A stretch of DNA of 33,571 nucleotides from the IMG/VR virus record IMGVR_UViG_3300042558_000702, positions 1 through 33,571 of that record. The stretch is one strand, 5' to 3'. A model generated the notes under the pieces. The model was not told where the DNA came from. It did no database searches and saw nothing but the letters and a program-made list of their open reading frames with translations. This DNA is from a virus. Its lineage: Duplodnaviria; Caudoviricetes. Positions 9,009 to 15,783 of this stretch are shown piece after piece; positions within the stretch are counted from its first letter, which is position 1; each line of letters opens with the position of its first letter. The position numbers were made by a program, and so were the translations under genes.

Positions 9009-10192
9009 TATGGACTCCTACGAGTTGTTGGTACGGGTGCGGGAAGTAAGAACGTCACAGCGGTAACGGCGACAACTGCACGGCGAGTACCAACTGACAC
9101 GGTGGACCCGCTTGGCACGTATGTGTCGAACTGTCCGCTGAACACATTGATCGTTTCTTCGAACTGTTCTTTGACTTCATCGGGTGCGCCTGATAAGGCT
9201 TCGGCGACCTGTAATGCCTGCTCAGGGGTCAAGTCGGCGTTAGCGATGTCCTCGATGAGTTGAGTTGTTTCTTCAACAGAGAGGTCGGCTAGTTGCTCAG
9301 TTGTGACTTCCTCTAAGAAGGCGACAACTTCCTCTGCCGTAGGAGTTTCGGGTAGTACCGCCTCGTTAGTGGCAGGCGCAGTCGTGGTCGGGGCAGTAGT
9401 AGGCGCGGTCGTCGTTCCAGTTGTGGATACGACTGTCGTAGTTGTGGTCGACGTTGATGACGTGGTAGTCGTTACGTTCGGCGGTGTCGGCGTGATAGTA
9501 GACGTTGTTGATGTAGTCGGCGACGTCGTTGATGGTTCTGTGCCAAGCGACGAAGTTGTGGTAGGCAACTCTGCTTGGGTCGTCGTCGTAGATGCTTCTT
9601 GTGGTAGCGATGTCGTCACCTCACTTGTCGTCGTGGTTGGTTCAACTGTGGTTGTAGTTGCTGGCTGTGTGGTTGTAGACGTTGTAGCAGGTTGCGTGGT
9701 AGTGGTCGTTGTACTTGTCGTTGTCGTTGTACTTGTACTTGTGGTGGTCGTTGTTTCAGGTTCCGTGGTTGTGGTTAGTTCTGTCGTCGTCGTTGGGTTG
9801 CTTTGTATCCCATTGAATGACAACTCGTATCGAATGTTCCATACAACCCCGTCACGCCAAGCATTAGGGTCACCACAGCAAGTGCCTGCTCGCAAACGGT
9901 ATCGACCAGCGTCGAGGTCGATCTCAATGTTTGACTGCAAGCCGAGCGAGTCATCATTCTCAAAGATGAGTTGCCCTGTGGCGTCGTTGTACAACCACAG
10001 CATCGGGTCACTCGGTAAGTCGCCTGACTGAAACGTGCGAGCGATGAAGCGTGTCGGCTCTGTGTACTCAAACCAAAAGTCAGTTGGTTCTGTGATCAAC
10101 GGATTGGACTCGGCGTGTGCTGGACCAACCCAAGCAATGGCGAGACCCAAGTAAAGCCCCAACCTGCTCAAGGCTTGAATACGGCGTCGCAC
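9008..10192 (-). CDS. Secreted/surface protein: PPC-like beta domain, Thr-rich stalk, acidic helical domain, hydrophobic C-terminus
   Basis: Signal peptide ending AHA; DPMLWLY...ENDDS.GLQS.I...L.AG.YRL; long poly-Thr; GAGGAGG RBS. Confidence 0.75.
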   Translation of the reverse strand: MRRRIQALSRLGLYLGLAIAWVGPAHAESNPLITEPTDFWFEYTEPTRFIARTFQSGDLPSDPMLWLYNDATGQLIFENDDSLGLQSNIEIDLDAGRYRLRAGTCCGDPNAWRDGVVWNIRYELSFNGIQSNPTTTTELTTTTEPETTTTTSTSTTTTTSTTTTTTQPATTSTTTQPATTTTVEPTTTTSEVTTSLPQEASTTTTQAELPTTTSSLGTEPSTTSPTTSTTSTITPTPPNVTTTTSSTSTTTTTVVSTTGTTTAPTTAPTTTAPATNEAVLPETPTAEEVVAFLEEVTTEQLADLSVEETTQLIEDIANADLTPEQALQVAEALSGAPDEVKEQFEETINVFSGQFDTYVPSGSTVSVGTRRAVVAVTAVTFLLPAPVPTTRRSP

Positions 10193-10275
10193 TGTTCCTC
10201 CTCATAGGGCGACAGGGCGCACGCGTCACGGAGAGCGTATCAGGGTCGTTGGCTCGCACTTTGTACGTTGCGCTG

Positions 10276-10401
10276 TAGCCCGCGTATTTCGCGCTGTGTG
10301 CGCCTCAAGGGGACAGGGACGGGCATTAGGCCATTCGGGGACGCCCAGCGTACAGGGGCGAATATGGCTACCGCAGGTCAAATATGGGGGATATGCAGGG
10401 C
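10276..10401. repeat. Intergenic element copy A (imperfect dyad, phased AT/GC)
   Basis: TAGCCCGCGTATTTCGCGCTGTGTGCGCCT (10276-10305) matches 13827-13855; TATGCAGGGC at 10392. Confidence 0.7.
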
Positions 10402-10434
10402 AAATACAAACATCAAAATTCTTTGCCGTAAAGG

Positions 10435-10471
10435 TTGAACTCCCGTACGCCCGTCGGCATACAATGGGGGT
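10435..10471 (+). promoter_or_regulatory. Leaderless sigma70-type promoter
   Basis: TTGAAC-19 nt-TACAAT-GGGGGT-ATG (10472); no SD sequence. Confidence 0.7.
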
Positions 10472-11308
10472 ATGACACACACCACATCAAACACCGACCT
10501 ATCCACAATGACCCCCAAGGCCATCGACGAATTGCTACTTGAGTTGTGGCGCGAGCAGGACGCACTTGCTTACGCAATGAACAACCTCTTGTACAAGGCG
10601 ACCCGCTTGGACAATTACGACGACGACAGCGACGGCGTTGTCGTGTACTTGAATCACACAGTGAAGAACGTGGGCTGGGGTCCGACGAGCCGCAACAAGA
10701 TGTACGTGCTTCGCACAGACTTCGATGCCTCGCCGTTCGAAGTCATCACGTACCACGACGGAAGCACCCGCAACTCACGACGCAACTCGAACAACGAAGT
10801 GAACGCCACCGCTTACGAGTACCTCGCCGACAAGGCCATCACAGTCGAAGACGCAATCCACTTCATCGACAAGAACGACACACGCGCCGAGGGAATGGCA
10901 GTCACGGAGAACTTGAATCGCCGCGAAGAGATCAAGCACTTGATCATCATGATCAACAACGAGTTCAACGCACGTGGCGGCTGGAGCCGTTACTTCCTCG
11001 TGACCTCCAGCAACGGACACATTCACCAAAGCACCTCGTGCCACACTTGCAACAAGGGCAAGAACGCCACGACATTCGCCTTGGTGTACCACTTGAGCGG
11101 TGAGACAGCCGACCGCGCCGTTGAAGTGTTCGGCCCAGCGTTGTGCTCGGCCTGCTACCCGCAAGCACCTGTTGAGTCACGCGAGCAGGGCAAGGTCACT
11201 ACGAGCCTCGCAAGCGTGTACTACGACGAAGGCTACGAAGGCTGGTTGCGTGCGAAGGCTGTTGCCGACGCTCGCAAGGCCAAGCGTGACGCAAAGGTCG
11301 GTGCCTGA
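10472..11308 (+). CDS. Hypothetical early protein with Cys/His metal-binding motif
   Basis: WSRYFLV...GHIH...CHTC...LCSACYP.AP; first gene of the plus-strand cassette. Confidence 0.75.
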   Translation: MTHTTSNTDLSTMTPKAIDELLLELWREQDALAYAMNNLLYKATRLDNYDDDSDGVVVYLNHTVKNVGWGPTSRNKMYVLRTDFDASPFEVITYHDGSTRNSRRNSNNEVNATAYEYLADKAITVEDAIHFIDKNDTRAEGMAVTENLNRREEIKHLIIMINNEFNARGGWSRYFLVTSSNGHIHQSTSCHTCNKGKNATTFALVYHLSGETADRAVEVFGPALCSACYPQAPVESREQGKVTTSLASVYYDEGYEGWLRAKAVADARKAKRDAKVGA

Positions 11309-11309
11309 G

Positions 11310-11798
11310 ATGGGAGCGAACTTCGAATCAGCCGACTGCTTCTTCTGTCACAAGCACGTGGCACGAGGAGCAGGTCATTGGAACTCGGTCACGTACTGCA
11401 ATGAGGCTTGCGAGGACGCCGCACTGGTCGTTCGAGTAGCCGACGAACAACGTCTTCAAGAAGAGTGGCGACAGGGTTGGATCAACGTGTTCATTCCTCA
11501 GTCGCTAGCGACGGCAGCGATGAAGCCTGCGACGTGGGAGAAGGCATTGCTCAAGATCACCAACGGGCGTACCGCAGACTTGAACGACATGACTTACCGC
11601 GAAGTCGAGTTGGCTTTACAGGAAGCCAACAAGCGCGCCGACGCTAAGACCGCCAAGGTCAAGCGTGAAGCGTTGAAGGCTGACGGTAAGTGCTTGCGTT
11701 GCGGCGGTGCTGGTCAGGCCGACAAGTGGGTTCGCACTGGCCTCATTTGCTACTCATGCAATGGGAGTGGCACAGCCACCCCCGAAGTAAAGTTCTAA
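11310..11798 (+). CDS. Zinc-finger protein (N-terminal CxxC/CxxxC, C-terminal DnaJ-type CxxCxGxG pair)
   Basis: CFFC...YCNEAC; CLRCGGAG...CYSCNGSG. Confidence 0.7.
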   Translation: MGANFESADCFFCHKHVARGAGHWNSVTYCNEACEDAALVVRVADEQRLQEEWRQGWINVFIPQSLATAAMKPATWEKALLKITNGRTADLNDMTYREVELALQEANKRADAKTAKVKREALKADGKCLRCGGAGQADKWVRTGLICYSCNGSGTATPEVKF

Positions 11799-11828
11799 CA
11801 ACACCACAAACACAAACAGGAGAAACCC

Positions 11829-12020
11829 ATGAACACCACATCAACCGACCTCGACGCATTGTTGGGAACGGCAGACCCCGTACTGAGTGAAGTCTCTTGG
11901 CTCGCTTGGAACGCTTGGGCGCTCGCGGTCAAGAACGACGCACCTAACGAATTAGTGTCCGCACTGCTCAAGGCGTCTCACGCGGCTGTCGAAGCCGCTA
12001 GCGCGTCGTACTGGCTCTAA
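11829..12020 (+). CDS. Hypothetical protein
   Basis: ACAGGAGAA RBS; 63 aa. Confidence 0.7.
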   Translation: MNTTSTDLDALLGTADPVLSEVSWLAWNAWALAVKNDAPNELVSALLKASHAAVEAASASYWL

Positions 12021-12049
12021 CAACCAAACCACAACAGGAGAACACCACC

Positions 12050-12577
12050 ATGACAGATGCACTGATAACGATTGCGATGAACAACATCGCACAGGAGACG
12101 GACAGGCTCGCCCTTGACGTCGACGATGCCAAAGCCACACTCACCCTTGAACAACTCACGACGTTGATGGATTGGTGTGACTCAGTACGAAAGACCTTGA
12201 GCGTGGTCTCACGTGAGGCACTTATGGCGGCGGCGGACAAGTTCCCGCGTGACGGCAAACAGATCACGTGGCACAACGCCAACAATGAGAAGTTCGTTAC
12301 TGAACTGAAGCATTCGTCGGTACGGACATCTGTTCAACGTGACGCCTTGTACAAAGCCGTGAAAGAGACCGCCCGAGTCATTGACACGGAGACAGGCGAA
12401 GTGACAGAGGACTTGCGTGGCCTTGTGGACACGATTGAAAAGACCTTCCGCTTCGAGCCACGCTGGACAGAGATTCAAGCCTTAGGGATTGACCCTGACG
12501 AGTTCTGTACCACAAAGCGTGAACCAAAGATAACAACCACCAAACTCAACGAAACAGAAACAGGAGAAGCGTTCTAA
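12050..12577 (+). CDS. Hypothetical protein
   Basis: ACAGGAGAA RBS; IDTETGEV motif; 175 aa. Confidence 0.75.
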   Translation: MTDALITIAMNNIAQETDRLALDVDDAKATLTLEQLTTLMDWCDSVRKTLSVVSREALMAAADKFPRDGKQITWHNANNEKFVTELKHSSVRTSVQRDALYKAVKETARVIDTETGEVTEDLRGLVDTIEKTFRFEPRWTEIQALGIDPDEFCTTKREPKITTTKLNETETGEAF

Positions 12578-12801
12578 TGAAACACCAAGTATTCGAAGCC
12601 GAACCAATCACGTACATCGATGGACGTGTCAAATGGATTGTGAGTGATGACCGTTGGGATATCAACGACATCACTTGCGCTAACAAAGAGCACGCCGTAC
12701 GCGTAGCCGCAGCGTTGAACGCAATGGTCAAACACGGGTTGTCACAGCAACACGCCGAACTGATCGCTCGCGAACTGCGTACACGAAAGGTTGGTGCGTG
12801 A
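12577..12801 (+). CDS. Hypothetical protein
   Basis: TAATG coupling; AGGAG RBS. Confidence 0.7.
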   Translation: MKHQVFEAEPITYIDGRVKWIVSDDRWDINDITCANKEHAVRVAAALNAMVKHGLSQQHAELIARELRTRKVGA

Positions 12802-13289
12802 TGGGTCTCGACAACTTCCCTCACTCGTACCCGTGCCGTACTCAGGACACAGCCGTCATGGTGTACCGCTTGGACCGAAACGGTGACAAGATCAAAGACG
12901 AGAACGGTGTCTTTGACAAACAGATTGACTGTAAGGCAACTCAAGCGGCGGGCGGCTGTCCGTTGTTCAACGATGAGACGCGGCCTGAGACTGGTGCTGT
13001 GTACGGAATGTTCTCAACCGATTGTTGGTACAGAGGCAAGTACGGCAACTACCTACTCAATGAGTTAGGACTTGATACGAACGTCCTGTATGGCAACGAC
13101 GAGTCGTACCTTGACGGGCAGTCGTGTACTGAGTTCGCCGACGAGATTCAAGTTGAACTCGATGCACGGATCGCCAAGGAAGGTTTCGTGATGATCAATG
13201 ACGAGGACCACACCGACGAAGTTCGCTATCTTGTTTGGTGGCTCAACTGGTGTGCCAAGTACGGAGATGGAATTGGAGCGTGGTACTGA
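12798..13289 (+). CDS. Conserved hypothetical phage protein
   Basis: MGLDN.P..YPC...CWYRGKYGN; coupled start at 12798 or 12801. Confidence 0.7.
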   Translation: MMGLDNFPHSYPCRTQDTAVMVYRLDRNGDKIKDENGVFDKQIDCKATQAAGGCPLFNDETRPETGAVYGMFSTDCWYRGKYGNYLLNELGLDTNVLYGNDESYLDGQSCTEFADEIQVELDARIAKEGFVMINDEDHTDEVRYLVWWLNWCAKYGDGIGAWY

Positions 13290-13765
13290 TGGGCGCGAGT
13301 GCTTTTTACACAATCGCAAAAGCCGACACAGCCGAAGCAGCGTTTCACATTGCCAAGCAGGAAGCGTATTGGGACTTCGGTCATGCTGGGTACACAGGAA
13401 CGATCGCGGAGAAACCCGGGTTCATTGTTGCTTGGGATTACAAGCACGAGCAACCACACGCGCTCGCTTCGTTTGTTGGTGATGACGGTGATGCAATGAT
13501 CTATGCGTTACACGCCGTAGCCGACATTCGCCCCACGACACTTGACGACTTCAAGAATGAGTACGACGCAGGCAACAAGCGTTGGTGCGAATCAGGGTTG
13601 CCGTGGGAGCAGAAGGGCTACACAAGTCTTGCGGCGTTGCTGTCAATTGTTCCTGCGCGGACTGTTGAGCATTGGTACAAAACCTTTTGGTCGAAGTGGG
13701 ACGAAGCGTTGTGCGTGCCACTGGCGAACGGGTCGTTTCTTTTCTGTGGGTACGCATCGTCATAG
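13289..13765 (+). CDS. Conserved hypothetical phage protein
   Basis: MGASAF...AF..A..EA...GH.GYTGTIAEK...FLFCGYASS; TGATG coupling. Confidence 0.75.
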   Translation: MGASAFYTIAKADTAEAAFHIAKQEAYWDFGHAGYTGTIAEKPGFIVAWDYKHEQPHALASFVGDDGDAMIYALHAVADIRPTTLDDFKNEYDAGNKRWCESGLPWEQKGYTSLAALLSIVPARTVEHWYKTFWSKWDEALCVPLANGSFLFCGYASS

Positions 13766-13788
13766 TTCCCACGTCGGCGGGCAGGAGT

Positions 13789-13946
13789 CCTGCATATTGT
13801 GGTGGTATGCAGGGCTTATGTCCGTATAGCCCGTTTATTTGCGCCGTGTGCGCCTGTACCTAGGGAATGGGGCAAACAGCCCCTAACGGGCTTAGAGGCG
13901 CACAGGGCGCGATATAACGCGGGATACGAGCGAATTAGGGCTATAT
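13789..13946. repeat. Intergenic element copy B (nested inverted repeats, ~10-bp phased AT/GC)
   Basis: CCTGCATA (13789)/TATGCAGG (13806) hairpin; 24-nt imperfect inverted repeat 13832-13855 / 13896-13919; between convergent genes. Confidence 0.8.
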
Positions 13947-15461
13947 CAGGGCGGCGTCGGGCAAGTCGGCTTCCATGCGCTGGGCCATACCCCCGATGGA
14001 GTAGCCGCGCAGTTTGCCTGACTTGACCAACTCCCACGCCCACGGTTCCCACACGACGCCCATGAACGGAGTGTTGCTGGGGAACTTGTACATCGTTGTG
14101 CCTTCACCCGGAACAACAAGGTCGGCCTCGACAGGGAACGGCAGTGTCAAGATTTCAACCATCTCACCTGCTGGTTGCTCGCCGTGTTGCAAGTACACAG
14201 TGCGATCACCTTTGCGAACCCAATCCCACAGGGCGAGTTGCAATGTTTTGTCGTCAGTGAATTCGCCGTGTGCGTCCTCAACTCCGGGTACGTACCAAGG
14301 TCCAAGCGTGTACCGCTGCTCTTCGGCCTTAGCGACCACCGCTGTGGTGTTCTTTAAGATGAGATCAACCTTGTCGACTTGACTCAAAGAGTACGGTCGA
14401 GCAATCCCTCTTAGTTCGATTTCGTCCTCAAGGATGTCGTGAACCATCTTGTGCGCTGGGGCTACGTCAGTCAGTTTGTGAAAATCGTCGTGCCACTCAA
14501 TGAGTTTCTCAGTTGCTTGAGGCATTGCACGGTCTTGAGAGAAGCGTTCAATCTGTGCGAGGCGGTCGGCTGCTTCGGCCTCACTTGTGTAACAACCGAA
14601 CGACCGACCTGTTTCACTGATCACACAGAACTGACCACCAACTTGTTGAACCTCACGACGGACCATTCCCATACCGCCCATGCCTGTCATGACTGGTTCG
14701 TCGGCGTCGTCCATACCTTCGCCGCCGTCGGGCATCATGGGGTTTTCGCCTTTGTCGCCGTACACGACCATCTCTGCTTCGTGGATCAGTGTCATAACCA
14801 TTGCCCGCAAGTCACCACGAGAGGTGTTCAACAAACCTAGGTACGCATGAGTCAAACACTCAACAGGGTTTGAGTACCCGCCGTTCTTCTTCATGCCCTC
14901 GCGCATTGTCTCATCGACATACATTTCTCGTACTGCGTTGATCACTGTCATGATCTTGCCGAGTAGTTCGTCTGTCTTGGGACCCATCTTTACTGCGGCG
15001 CTATAAGCGTTCAACAGGCTGTCAAGCGGGTCGTAGCCTTCGCTGTAGCCCTCGTCGTCGTCTTTCATTTCGTAGCCGTACATCTTGTCTGCGTCCATGC
15101 CTTGTCCTTTGTTTAGTTCTCCCGACTCAATGAGTTGGTCTCGTTTGCGCTCAGCCCATAGCCGTGCTCGGTCTCTGTTTGCTGAACCGACGTCGCCGCC
15201 CCACAACAGCCAAGCAACTTGACCCGGAGTTGGTCGTTCGCTTTCCCCCGCTGCGTATGCCTGTGCCTTAGGGCTGGCTAGGTCGCTTTCATGGCGTGCG
15301 AGCCATGCCGCCATTCGCATCACTTTGTCGGCACTGACACTGCCTGCTGCCATCTGTCGTGCTTCACGTATGGTCTTTGGTACGAGTCCATCGCCTGCGA
15401 ACTCAAGTAGTGCTAGGCCACGTTTAGCGTTTGCGGATACGAAAGAGGGGACTGCGACCAT
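13941..15461 (-). CDS. XkdF-type (Peptidase_S78_2-like) prohead protease with long N-terminal extension
   Basis: C-terminal KAEEQRYTLG.WYVPG.EDAHGEF...LQH...WELVKSGKLRGYSIGG; N-terminal ARHE...PGQVAWLLWGGD domain. Confidence 0.8.
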   Translation of the reverse strand: MVAVPSFVSANAKRGLALLEFAGDGLVPKTIREARQMAAGSVSADKVMRMAAWLARHESDLASPKAQAYAAGESERPTPGQVAWLLWGGDVGSANRDRARLWAERKRDQLIESGELNKGQGMDADKMYGYEMKDDDEGYSEGYDPLDSLLNAYSAAVKMGPKTDELLGKIMTVINAVREMYVDETMREGMKKNGGYSNPVECLTHAYLGLLNTSRGDLRAMVMTLIHEAEMVVYGDKGENPMMPDGGEGMDDADEPVMTGMGGMGMVRREVQQVGGQFCVISETGRSFGCYTSEAEAADRLAQIERFSQDRAMPQATEKLIEWHDDFHKLTDVAPAHKMVHDILEDEIELRGIARPYSLSQVDKVDLILKNTTAVVAKAEEQRYTLGPWYVPGVEDAHGEFTDDKTLQLALWDWVRKGDRTVYLQHGEQPAGEMVEILTLPFPVEADLVVPGEGTTMYKFPSNTPFMGVVWEPWAWELVKSGKLRGYSIGGMAQRMEADLPDAALI

Positions 15462-15486
15462 GTTGTGAGCCTACTGAGTCGACTGG

Positions 15487-15783
15487 TCAGTTGATTGTAC
15501 CGCGTGCTTGTTTTGGTGGCTTTGGTGTAAAGGGTTCAACAGTGGTCGTGACGATCGTTGGTGTGAGTTCCAACATCGTTTCTAACCACACCATGACAGT
15601 GCGTAACGTGTTTGCTGGGTCTTTGGGGTTGTAGGTGTACATCGTTCGGTACGGGTCTGTCGGTATCTCGTAATCGTTATCGGCGACCCATTGTTCGACT
15701 TTGTCTTGGAACGTGTATTTGCCATCGATGGAGATGATCTCAACACCATCTGCATCAACAACCCAATTCAATTGATTCCTCAT
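15487..15783 (-). CDS. Small protein coupled to MuF (candidate immunity protein)
   Basis: ATGA overlap with the MuF stop; 98 aa, MRNQLNWVVDADG... Confidence 0.6.
   Translation of the reverse strand: MRNQLNWVVDADGVEIISIDGKYTFQDKVEQWVADNDYEIPTDPYRTMYTYNPKDPANTLRTVMVWLETMLELTPTIVTTTVEPFTPKPPKQARGTIN

Noticed and set aside
9303-10031. 242-aa Val-rich plus-strand ORF
   Set aside because: Antisense shadow of the Thr-rich stalk of 9008-10192; the same applies to 1267-1464.
13789-13946. Element B as a simple bidirectional intrinsic terminator
   Set aside because: No U-tracts, long imperfect arms, and related copies at non-convergent sites. Some terminator role is not excluded.
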